DNA of 64,000 nucleotides from Candidatus Sericytochromatia bacterium (GTDB taxonomy: Bacteria > Cyanobacteriota > Sericytochromatia > S15B-MN24 > JAQBPE01), in the NCBI GenBank assembly GCA_040400605.1, contig JBBAPZ010000001.1, positions 158,444 to 222,443 on the forward strand. The letters run 5' to 3'. Position 1 is the stretch's first letter; each line of letters starts with the position of its first letter. The notes below the pieces were generated by a model. The model was not told where the DNA came from, searched no databases, and worked only from the letters and a program-made list of their open reading frames with translations. The translations under genes and the position numbers were made by a program. This document shows, piece after piece, positions 30,066 through 39,166 of this stretch.

Positions 30066-30906
30066 CGGAAACACTCCCTGTATCCAACGCACCAACCAGG
30101 GGTTGTATTCCGGACTCCCGTTCAATGGCTACACTGACGTCACGCACAACCGGTCGCGCCTTGAGGCGATAAAAAGGCGCCAGGGTCACCTTTTTGACGC
30201 GCTTCCACCCATAGGCAAACGGCAAACCGAAAGTCATTTCCGCCAAACATACCAACTCGGCACCGTCTCGCCAGTACGGGTTTTTTTGCTCAAAAAAACG
30301 AATGCGCGGAAAACGCACCATTTCATCTGGCGTCGCCTCGGCGACGCCACTTTTCAGTTGTCCTTTCGACACCGCATAACGAATTAAACCGGATTCCGGA
30401 TCATAATCCGCGCCAAACAAGCCCTGCGCAAATCGATGAATCAAAACTTGCACGGTCAGCGGCGTCGCACATTCATGCCGTGGGTAATGCGTTGGGAAAT
30501 TGTTGGCCATCAGCAAATAGGTCTTGTATCCTTTGCTGATTAAAAACCAGTACAACGGCTCAAACGGTCGCTTCAGCTTCGCAAACCACAAATACCGCAA
30601 AAATGCCACACCCAAAACCTTTTGCCCCCAAAATGCCGCTTCAACCACGGTGTCACCACTAAAAATGGCCCGCACCGTTCGACCCGATTCGTCTGTCAGC
30701 ACCATCTGCCGCAAGGTCGAGAAACCCCTCAACACGTTTGACCCGCGTTCCAGCAACAAAATAACCGCATCTTTATTGGCAAGATCGATTTCAAACTGTT
30801 CCTGTGACACCGCCGTGTAGTACGTTTCGAAAATCGCATACATGCGCTGACGCACCTTGTGGTCCAGTTCACGGACGGCAACCGTTCGCGAGATCAATGC
30901 TGACAC
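30055..30906 (-). CDS. GNAT-fold-like conserved hypothetical protein
   Basis: GNAT-like order of elements: VILL...LRGFST, IFSGDTVV...FWG, YWFLISKGYKTY. Overlaps both neighbours. Confidence 0.7.
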   Translation of the reverse strand: MSALISRTVAVRELDHKVRQRMYAIFETYYTAVSQEQFEIDLANKDAVILLLERGSNVLRGFSTLRQMVLTDESGRTVRAIFSGDTVVEAAFWGQKVLGVAFLRYLWFAKLKRPFEPLYWFLISKGYKTYLLMANNFPTHYPRHECATPLTVQVLIHRFAQGLFGADYDPESGLIRYAVSKGQLKSGVAEATPDEMVRFPRIRFFEQKNPYWRDGAELVCLAEMTFGLPFAYGWKRVKKVTLAPFYRLKARPVVRDVSVAIERESGIQPLVGALDTGSVSDGR

Positions 30907-32015
30907 GCGTCCCCCTTGCGTTTTGCCGCCAAGACCGCAGAATCGTTTTGGTCACCATCCCAACTGCCCCACGGTACCGCCCGTTGCTGCTCGACATGCC
31001 GAATAAACTCAACGATTGGGCGATCCGCGCCGATCGGTGTCTGAAACTTCCAATGAATCGTCTGGAAAACCTGCGTATCGCCCTTGGCAAAATAATTGCC
31101 CACAATCTCCGTCACTTTTAAGATGACCCGGTTGAGCAACCACCCCATCACCCCTTTGCGCTTGGCCGTCACCAAAATGGTCTGGCCCTCCGATGTCCCT
31201 TTAGCCGTCGGACGCAAGGCAAAAATGATGTGAAAATGCAAAAAATCAGGCCCAACCGTCACCGAACCGGTAGAACCATTCCAATAAACCATCCGATACG
31301 TCAAAGGCCCCGCATACCAACGCGCCAGCAAACGGTTGAAGGGGTTGTTTGTTGGAACGGGACGATCATTGTCAAACATTTGACAGTTTTGCGCCGGGGA
31401 CGATACCGCAAAATGCAAACCATCCGCCAACGATGATGCCAATGGGTGTACCGAGTGAAAGTGCTGCTCATCAATCGCATTTACCATCACAATGTTTGGA
31501 TGGCACCCCTTCTCAAACCGATTGCCAAGCAACCAATCAATTTCCTGACCGGCCAATTCCGGGATGTAAGGCACTGGGCGCAAAGCAACCGCTCCATTCC
31601 AGATCCAGACCATGCCATACTGCTCCGCCACGGGCCACACCTTGACACCCACGCGCGCAGGATGCGATTGGCACGGAATGTCGACCACCTGCCCTTGCGC
31701 ACCCATTTTCCAGTGGTGAAAGAAACAGCGAATCCCCTCACCATCCACCCGCCCTTCAGCCAAATGGGCACCCATGTGGGGGCAATACGCATCCATCGCG
31801 CGGGCGACGCCTTGCTCATCGCGGAATACGACAATGTTCCGACCAAGAAAATTCAGGGGTTGGATCTGCCCGCGCCGCAATTCGCCGGCCGCACACGCCC
31901 AATACCAACCCTCCACAACCGAGTCGAAACTGCCAAAGACTGTGCCAGCACAATCGCGAGCAGGCTCAGTACAAGGTGTGATCGATAAGTCCGGGTTCAC
32001 CCATGTCTCTTGCAT
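30894..32015 (-). CDS. Rieske non-heme iron oxygenase (first gene of the operon)
   Basis: YCPH...CFFH, NAIDEQHFHSVH, KGD. GGGAG RBS. Confidence 0.92.
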   Translation of the reverse strand: MQETWVNPDLSITPCTEPARDCAGTVFGSFDSVVEGWYWACAAGELRRGQIQPLNFLGRNIVVFRDEQGVARAMDAYCPHMGAHLAEGRVDGEGIRCFFHHWKMGAQGQVVDIPCQSHPARVGVKVWPVAEQYGMVWIWNGAVALRPVPYIPELAGQEIDWLLGNRFEKGCHPNIVMVNAIDEQHFHSVHPLASSLADGLHFAVSSPAQNCQMFDNDRPVPTNNPFNRLLARWYAGPLTYRMVYWNGSTGSVTVGPDFLHFHIIFALRPTAKGTSEGQTILVTAKRKGVMGWLLNRVILKVTEIVGNYFAKGDTQVFQTIHWKFQTPIGADRPIVEFIRHVEQQRAVPWGSWDGDQNDSAVLAAKRKGDACQH

Positions 32016-32427
32016 AGTCGGTCTCCCTGTCCCACCGCACCTTGTCTGTGCCGTTCGTCAACCCTTTTTCACCCAAAACTTTGCGAGTGGCCTGCCGCGA
32101 GGTGTATCGGTGTTATCGCTGTTTTTTGGCATCGCTTGCTACTATTTATACCCGTCACAATGACAATTCGATCGTTCGTGCCGGCGTGAAAGGCGTCGAT
32201 TTCGCTGTTGGGACGATAACTGGCCGCCCCAGATGCAACGATAACAAACCCGACGCCCAGTGTCACAACCAGCATAAAGCGACCGAACATTTCACGACCA
32301 ATCAGCAAATGGATGCCTTCCCCCTTGCGAGACGCATCGTTGTGTGGCTGTTATCATGGTGACAGAGTCGTGAACGTTGCTGTGAAATGGGTCACGGGGC
32401 GAAATGGTTGGCTTGAAAGGATAGTCT

Positions 32428-33288
32428 GTGTCGCAGCGTATGGATGGGAAGACGGTTGTAATCACGGGCGCATCAAGTGGACTCGGATTGGCATCCGTCC
32501 GCGCTTTGGCAGCCCAGGGCGCGCGGATCATCGCTGCGGTTCGGGATGTCGACAAACTGCAGGCCATTCTTGGCCCAACGGACCAGTTAACGCAGATTGC
32601 CCTGTGCGATTTGGCGGATATGGCCAGTATCCAGCGTTTTGCCGAGCGCTTGTTGGCATCGGAGAAGACGATTGATGTATTAATCAACAACGCAGGTGTC
32701 ATGAACTTTCGCCACATCCAAACGCGCGATGGCTTCGAATCCAATTTTGGCGTCAATCATTTGGGTCATTTTTTACTGACGGCCCGACTTTTTCCACTTT
32801 TGGCAGCGGCGCCCGCAGCACGGGTCGTCACGGTCAGCAGTATCGCCCACCGTCGTGGAACCCTGGACTTTGCCAATGCCGATCCGGCCAAGGACTTTGG
32901 TGCGCCCCACTCCTATGCCAACAGCAAATTGGCAAACCTGGTTTTCAGTCTCGAGTTGTCCCGCCGCCTGAAGCAGACCCATCCCCACATGGCGGCTGTC
33001 GCAGCCCATCCCGGTTGGACCCACACCCCGTTGTTTCGTGATATGAGCGTGACTGCCTGGTTGAGCCGCTTTTTGGCCATGGATGCGGAATCGGGCGCTG
33101 CACCGCAAATCGCGGCAGCCTTGGACACATCCATCCCCAATGGTGCTTACTGGGGCCCCAACGGTTTTCGCGAAATTTGGGGCAAACCGGGCCCGGCGGC
33201 ACCTTCTATGCAGGCGCTTGACGAGGGGCTCGCTCAAATCCTTTGGCAACGCTCGGAAACCTGGACCCAAACGCCGTTTAAGCTGTGA
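32428..33288 (+). CDS. SDR oxidoreductase (retinol dehydrogenase-like)
   Basis: TGASSGLG, INNAG, NHLGHF, YANSK, HPG. Confidence 0.93.
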   Translation: MSQRMDGKTVVITGASSGLGLASVRALAAQGARIIAAVRDVDKLQAILGPTDQLTQIALCDLADMASIQRFAERLLASEKTIDVLINNAGVMNFRHIQTRDGFESNFGVNHLGHFLLTARLFPLLAAAPAARVVTVSSIAHRRGTLDFANADPAKDFGAPHSYANSKLANLVFSLELSRRLKQTHPHMAAVAAHPGWTHTPLFRDMSVTAWLSRFLAMDAESGAAPQIAAALDTSIPNGAYWGPNGFREIWGKPGPAAPSMQALDEGLAQILWQRSETWTQTPFKL

Positions 33289-33305
33289 GCCACCACACCG
33301 GGTTG

Positions 33306-35591
33306 TCAAGACGGGAACTTTTGGTCGGTGCGATCGCCTGGCCACCAGTTCCAACGACCCGCGAGCAGCAACAAAGCAGGAGCCAGTATCGCGCGAATCA
33401 AAGTCGCATCAAGCAAAATGGCCACGGCCAACCCGAGGCCGAACAATTGCGTGAATACAATTCGCGCAAAGGCAAACGAACCGAACACCAAGATCATCAT
33501 CAAGGCCGCCGCCGCAATGATGCTGCCAGACTGGCCCATTCCTGCCAAAATCGCCTGCTCTTCATTCATCTGACTTCGCGCTTCCCGTACCCGACTGAGT
33601 AAAAAGATTTCGTAATCCATACTCAGGCCAAACGTCACACAAAACACCAATACCGGAATGAACAAAGGCCAGGCGTTAATCGGTTCGGCAAGGCCAATCC
33701 AACTGGACAACCAACCATCCTGAAAAACCAGCACGAGCGCCCCAAGCGATGCTGAAACAGCCAACAGATTCAGTAAAATTGCTTTAAACGGGATCAGTAT
33801 TGAACGGAACAGGATGCCAAGCAAGACAAACGACCCCACAAACACGGCGGTGAGGCACCAAGGCGCCCGCTGTTCCAATGCGAGTCTATAATCGAGGTTG
33901 AACGCGGCATTGCCGCTGATCGCAACCGCCAACTCTCCCGCATACCGCCGATACTCCGCAACGATGCCCTCCGCCTCTTTCAGCGTCACGGCATCTTGTG
34001 GCCACACCAAAAACAAGGCTTTTCGGTGGTCCCGACTCAGGGTATAGGTCGCGATCGCGGGATAACGCTGCAAGGCGCGCTCAGCATTCGCGTACAACAG
34101 GCGATAAGCCATCGCCTTTGTGCCAGGCCGCAAGTCCACCGGCGACAAAACAGCCTTGATGCGCGGATCCTCATGCAAGCGCCGCGACAGTTCCAACATC
34201 TGCTTAACCCCTGCTGCACCCAATACCCCACCGGTGTCACGGGTGCTTACAACCATCGGAATCGGTTGACTGACACTCGCACCATTCAGACGCTTCAACA
34301 CTGATGCAGCCTTGACCGCCTCCAGTTCTGCCGGGAAATGACGGGTTTCCGGCACCCCAAACACCGCTCTGGAGGCATTCCAGGCGATCGCCAACAACAG
34401 TGCGAGTACACCGAGGCTCAACCAAAACCGATGGCGTTGAACAAAAGCGCCCCAACGCAACCATTTCTGAGCCCCCCACCCCGAATCGGTCAGGCGTGAC
34501 CAACCTGCCGGCCAATCGAGCCACCGGTCACCCAGCAGCAACAGAGCAGGCAACAAGGTGCATACAGCGGCAAGCGCGGCGCCCACGACCAGAACGCCCG
34601 CAACCCCCACCGAGTAAGCATCCGTGGTTCCTAAAATCAGCAAAGCTGCCATGCAAATCACAACCAGGCAGCCCGACGCCAGCACCGTGCGAACAGCCGT
34701 TTTAAACACCATCCTGACAGCGTCTGCTGCCGATGCTCCGCCACGCCGCACCTCACGAAATCGTGAAACAACCAGCAGCGAGTAATCAATTCCCAACGCC
34801 AAACCGATCATCGACACGGTGGTCTGGGCAAATCCATTCATGCCAACCCAGTCTGTTCCCACAACCAACAAGGCCATGGCAAGCAAACACGCAGCCGCGC
34901 CCAACAAAACCGGCATGGCGGCAGCCAGTGGCGTACCAAATACCAGCATCAGCAAGACCAAGGCAGGAAGCAGTACACGCCGTTCCGCCGTGGCACTGTC
35001 ACCCATCGTTCCCCCAACAATGTCGGCTTCCAAAACCCCCGCGCCCGTCACATAAACCTGTGCCGCGGAATCGAAAGCCTTCAGCGTGGGTAATTCCTGT
35101 TGGATTATCTCGCGAACAGGCGGCAGGAGACTGCGTTCGCGATCCCGCAAGGTCCGACCGATAAACCACACTTCGGCGTGGGCATCACGTAAGCGCGGCA
35201 ACGACAAACCAAGCGGAGGCTTGGAATCGACAACACCCAAGACGTCCGGCACCGACGCAAGTCGCTGTCTCAGGCGCGCACGCCAGGCATCCAGTGCCGG
35301 ATCGCCTGGCGTGCGCGCTGGCGTCTCAATCACGACAACCAGCGGCGCGATGTAGGGATTGACGAAATTGTCCGTCAACTCATTCATCACATCGACCGCT
35401 TGACTGCCCGGAATATCCAGGTGACTGCGCGCCAGTCGATCACCCAAATGCAAACTGAGCGGCAGCGACATCAGCATCACGACCAACCAACAACCAACAA
35501 TCGCCCACGGACGTTTGATAATCAACTCAACGATGGCGCCACTCACGCGTAAATACCACCTTGCAAACAAACTTGTGTCACGATGCGCCAA
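33306..35591 (-). CDS. MMPL family (RND superfamily) transporter
   Basis: GLALGIDYSLLVVSRFRE, FGLSMDYEIFLLSRVRE, LLDATLIR, GRWNWWP. About 12 TM helices. Confidence 0.93.
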   Translation of the reverse strand: MAHRDTSLFARWYLRVSGAIVELIIKRPWAIVGCWLVVMLMSLPLSLHLGDRLARSHLDIPGSQAVDVMNELTDNFVNPYIAPLVVVIETPARTPGDPALDAWRARLRQRLASVPDVLGVVDSKPPLGLSLPRLRDAHAEVWFIGRTLRDRERSLLPPVREIIQQELPTLKAFDSAAQVYVTGAGVLEADIVGGTMGDSATAERRVLLPALVLLMLVFGTPLAAAMPVLLGAAACLLAMALLVVGTDWVGMNGFAQTTVSMIGLALGIDYSLLVVSRFREVRRGGASAADAVRMVFKTAVRTVLASGCLVVICMAALLILGTTDAYSVGVAGVLVVGAALAAVCTLLPALLLLGDRWLDWPAGWSRLTDSGWGAQKWLRWGAFVQRHRFWLSLGVLALLLAIAWNASRAVFGVPETRHFPAELEAVKAASVLKRLNGASVSQPIPMVVSTRDTGGVLGAAGVKQMLELSRRLHEDPRIKAVLSPVDLRPGTKAMAYRLLYANAERALQRYPAIATYTLSRDHRKALFLVWPQDAVTLKEAEGIVAEYRRYAGELAVAISGNAAFNLDYRLALEQRAPWCLTAVFVGSFVLLGILFRSILIPFKAILLNLLAVSASLGALVLVFQDGWLSSWIGLAEPINAWPLFIPVLVFCVTFGLSMDYEIFLLSRVREARSQMNEEQAILAGMGQSGSIIAAAALMMILVFGSFAFARIVFTQLFGLGLAVAILLDATLIRAILAPALLLLAGRWNWWPGDRTDQKFPS

Positions 35592-35687
35592 ACGGTGTTT
35601 CCCTTACGGCCCAGCGATCGCAAAAACACGAACGTACGCGTATTCTTGTACCCGGTTCAACCAGCGCCTATCGTCGGGGCAGTCCGT

Positions 35688-35724
35688 GAGGCGGTGACGG
35701 AACCGGTCAGTTCGTCACCGCCTC
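35688..35724. promoter_or_regulatory. strong intergenic inverted repeat between the divergent MMPL and pgi genes
   Basis: GAGGCGGTGACG(G)AAC-CGGTCA-GTTCGTCACCGCCTC: 15-bp stem with one bulge, no adjacent T-tract. Confidence 0.6.
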
Positions 35725-36080
35725 GAAATCAGCTATTGGCAACGCTTGGCGTACCGCATTTGCGCCACCGAAAGCAACCCGCGCCTGATTAACCAAAGGA
35801 AGCGGGCCATCTGCCCCACAAGCGGCAGGCAAACTCGTGAAAGCGATCAGTCAAAAGCCGTTTTCAGGTGGGTGGACAGGACTTGTCGTATCGGGCAGGG
35901 CAGTCTGCAGTGCATTGTTTTATTAGGTTCCAGACCATACCGGTTGATCGTATCGTGAATCAAGGTAACAATGAGTCAGTTAAAATCCCTCGACAGGTCA
36001 TGATCAATGCCGGGTTTTTGTCGGCAAGCAAAGAAAGCAGGCGGAGCGTGGAGTTTTTGAACCCGGAATGGCAAGCGCGC

Positions 36081-37487
36081 ATGGCGGTGCGTCTTGATTA
36101 TAACTATATGCTTTCGCGGATGATCGGGACGCAATCAGGGCTTGATGAATCGGCGCTGGAGGCGTTGGGACCTGCGCTCGCCTTGGCCCATCACGCCATT
36201 GAAACCCGCACGGGTGACGGTTCGGAGTTTTTGGGTTTTCTTGACCTGCCCGAACAGGCCCCGAGCGAATTAGCGGCCATTCAAGCCTGTGCCGATCGCC
36301 TCGCAGCGCTGGCCGATACCCACGTCGTTCTCGGTATCGGCGGCTCCTACCTCGGTGCACGCGCCATTTTGGAGGCACTCTTTTCGCCCTATCGCAACGA
36401 ACTGAGTCGCGCACAGCGTAACGGCCGCCCGCGCATCTATTTTGAGGGCAACAATCTCGACACAGACGTAATGCACGCATTACTTGAACGGCTGCCCACG
36501 CAGGGACCTGTTGGGATAGATGATGGCTTTACCCAAAATGTCATTTCCAAGTCGGGCGGGACCATTGAAACGGCGGTGGCATTTCGGTTGTTTCGACAAC
36601 GCGCCGAACAGGTTTATGGTTCGGCGGTTCGGGATGTCATCGTCGCCACCACAGATGCGCAACTTGGTAATTTGAAACGTCTCAGCGATCGTGCCGGTTA
36701 TGAGACCTTTGTGATTCCAGACAATGTGGGGGGGCGATTCTCGATCCTCACACCGGTCGGTTTGCTTCCTGCGGCGATTGCGGGCGTTGACATCCGGGCG
36801 TTGGTCGCCGGTGCCCACGCAATGGCCATTCGTTGTCGCAGCAACAAAATGTTTGAGAATCCCGCTTATATGTACGCTGCGTTGATGCATCTTTCTTACC
36901 AGCGTGGGCGCAACGTGTCCTTGATGGCTTCTTGGAGCAAGCGTCTGGAATACGTGGGTTTTTGGTACGACCAACTGTGCGCCGAAAGTCTCGGCAAGGC
37001 CGAGGGCGGGCGCATACCCATTGCATCGGTCAATTCCCGGGATCTTCATGCCCGGGGGCAACAAATCCAGGAGGGACCGCGCAATACCGTTGTGACAAAC
37101 CTGGTGGTTGAACGCAGCGCGCATGCCATCACTGTTCCCGATGATCGTGACGACCTTGATGGGCTCAACTATTTGACGGGATGGAGCCTCGATCAGATGC
37201 AGACGGGCGCAATGGAGGGAACACGTTTTGCCTACGCCAAAGACGGGCGACCCAGCATCAATTTGATCCTGCCTGAAATCAATGCCTATACGCTTGGCCA
37301 ACTGTTTTATCTGCTGGAAGTGGCTACCCTGACGGAAGGTTATCTGCAAGGCATCAACCCGTTGGATCAACCCGGCGTCGAAGCGTACAAAAAATTCATG
37401 TTCGGCAATCTCGGTCGTCCAGATATGGCCAATTATAAAGCGGAGTTCGACGCTAGACCCCAAGGGCTCGCCCACAGCGTTGTATAA
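36081..37487 (+). CDS. pgi: glucose-6-phosphate isomerase
   Basis: GIGGSYLG, ISKSGGTIET, IPDNVGGRFS, QLCAESLGK, NPLDQPGVEAYK. The start could instead be GTG 36048. Confidence 0.95.
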   Translation: MAVRLDYNYMLSRMIGTQSGLDESALEALGPALALAHHAIETRTGDGSEFLGFLDLPEQAPSELAAIQACADRLAALADTHVVLGIGGSYLGARAILEALFSPYRNELSRAQRNGRPRIYFEGNNLDTDVMHALLERLPTQGPVGIDDGFTQNVISKSGGTIETAVAFRLFRQRAEQVYGSAVRDVIVATTDAQLGNLKRLSDRAGYETFVIPDNVGGRFSILTPVGLLPAAIAGVDIRALVAGAHAMAIRCRSNKMFENPAYMYAALMHLSYQRGRNVSLMASWSKRLEYVGFWYDQLCAESLGKAEGGRIPIASVNSRDLHARGQQIQEGPRNTVVTNLVVERSAHAITVPDDRDDLDGLNYLTGWSLDQMQTGAMEGTRFAYAKDGRPSINLILPEINAYTLGQLFYLLEVATLTEGYLQGINPLDQPGVEAYKKFMFGNLGRPDMANYKAEFDARPQGLAHSVV

Positions 37488-37713
37488 GTGATCGTCGTTG
37501 AATCACCGCTTGACGCGGCCGCACATGATGACAAAGGCGTTTTTTGGGAACTCCCATCTTGTTTTTGTGTGCTTGTTGTTTCAAACGGGTTTGAATTGCG
37601 CGCGACACAAGCGCATGCGTTGCTGCATCGCTGCCAGTCCTTTTTGCCTGTGTTTGGGAGCCGGCGATCGATTGTTTCCGGTAGGTGGCGCGCCCCAGCT
37701 GCTTGCAGAGGTC

Positions 37714-37747
37714 GCGGTGGGGACGCGGGTTACCCCGCGCCCCCCGC
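37714..37747. repeat. GC-rich REP-like hairpin between convergent genes
   Basis: GCGG(T)GGGG(A)CGCGGG-TTAC-CCCGCGCCCCCCGC. Confidence 0.5.
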
Positions 37748-37957
37748 ACAGATCCCAGCGGGCGCTGCTATCGCACTGGGCCCCTACCGCGGGTTTTGGC
37801 GTCAAACCTCGCTGTCGGCCATTGGTTGAGAATCTTTGGTGTCGGCAGAGTGCAAAACGAACCGTCATGCCGTGGGCGGCCACGCCGAACCTTGGTTACC
37901 AGTCCTCAAGCCTTGGGTGACCTGATTAAAACCTGCAGTCATTCAAGGATTGGTGCG

Positions 37958-38860
37958 CTAGGAGCCGATCCACTCAGACAATGTGAGCCTGCCGGATTGC
38001 AGATCCGTCGAGCCGAGTTTGATGGAGCCGCCCCGAGCTGTAACCCGGAGGGCCTTGTACCAATAGCGCCCATCGTTTCGCTGACAGGCCACATACCAAA
38101 CGCCAGGCGGGAGGTCGAAGTTGGCCACGCCATTCTCGTCGGTGACACTTTGAACAAAGCCTACATGAGGCTGCCCACCCTGACGCACCACCGCCTGTTG
38201 CAATGCCTCGTTGCGTCTGCCAAGCCATGCAGCCAAACGCACCTGATACTCAACATCGCCACTGCTGCCGAGCCCCTGGTTTTCATTGTAACCATCAATG
38301 ATGCGATTCAGCGCCTCCGTGACGTGCGCACACCAGATCTGACGCCCATTCATTTTGGAGAAAATGGCGCCAATCCCCAAATCGTCAGGCCGATCACCAT
38401 ATTTTTTGAACACCTCGTCAAACGCGGGCATCAACGTGGCCAATACCTCAGGCTCAGCGGCGTGAGCAATCCGAAAGCCCTCTCGAAATCGTTCCAGCTC
38501 AAACGAATGCACCAGACTGAAACTGCGCCAACTGGCAATCCGCGGCACAGGTGTCAGATTGGTCTGTTTGCTGTCAGGTTCCGGCCTCGATGCACTCAAA
38601 CTTGCCATCACCAGCGGAAAGAGGCGTTTGACATCATAAGAAAACGCCACAACATCCTCGCCCTCATCCAATGCCCCTTGGGCATCGCCGAAGCTGATGG
38701 CAACCGGCGCGGCGCACGCAGTCACGGACCAAAACAGGCACCCCAGCACAACCGCGCCCGGGACGACCAGTTTGACGCCAAGCCGCTTGACACATCGGAT
38801 GACAGACATGCTGCGCAGTGTAACCCGGGATTTCATCTGCTGACTGTGACCAATGGCCAT
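37958..38860 (-). CDS. hypothetical exported protein with a C-terminal beta-sandwich (carboxypeptidase regulatory-like) segment
   Basis: Signal-like VVPGAVVLGCLFWSVTACA, and VTDENGVANFDLPPGVWYV. Confidence 0.7.
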   Translation of the reverse strand: MAIGHSQQMKSRVTLRSMSVIRCVKRLGVKLVVPGAVVLGCLFWSVTACAAPVAISFGDAQGALDEGEDVVAFSYDVKRLFPLVMASLSASRPEPDSKQTNLTPVPRIASWRSFSLVHSFELERFREGFRIAHAAEPEVLATLMPAFDEVFKKYGDRPDDLGIGAIFSKMNGRQIWCAHVTEALNRIIDGYNENQGLGSSGDVEYQVRLAAWLGRRNEALQQAVVRQGGQPHVGFVQSVTDENGVANFDLPPGVWYVACQRNDGRYWYKALRVTARGGSIKLGSTDLQSGRLTLSEWIGS

Positions 38861-38925
38861 CGCTCCCCTATGCGGATTCCATATTATGTTAAAATCCTTT
38901 TCAGGGCAATTTCGAAAGGGCGACC

Positions 38926-39159
38926 ATGCTGGTTGAAACGCGCGATTTACTGACTCCTCATCACGCGGCGGCCTTGTTAAATAACACGCTTCGTGAATTC
39001 GTCAGCCTGGTCGATGCTGGGGTCTTGCAGCCCTTTGTGGAGATCGACGGTTTGCGTTTTTATCACCGAAACGAAGTGTTGGCTCGTAAACGGTTTCAAG
39101 ACACGTTAGCGGGACGGGCACCTCGCTGTACGGTACCCAAAACCCAAGAATTATTTTGA
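38926..39159 (+). CDS. small MerR/excisionase-type HTH protein
   Basis: LLTPHHAAALLN...LVDAGVL...DGLRFYHRNEV pattern. AAAGGG RBS. Confidence 0.7.
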   Translation: MLVETRDLLTPHHAAALLNNTLREFVSLVDAGVLQPFVEIDGLRFYHRNEVLARKRFQDTLAGRAPRCTVPKTQELF

Positions 39160-39166
39160 TGGCTCA

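Noticed and set aside
35828..35860. c-di-GMP-I riboswitch-like string GGCAAACTCGTGAAAGCGA...AAAGCC
   Set aside because: It resembles the first hairpin only. The GACGCAAAGC junction and the second hairpin are not matched. An Rfam RF01051 scan would settle it.
37685..38953. 422-aa plus-strand ORF
   Set aside because: Antisense shadow of 37958-38860 with no recognisable motif. It also overlaps the HTH gene start.
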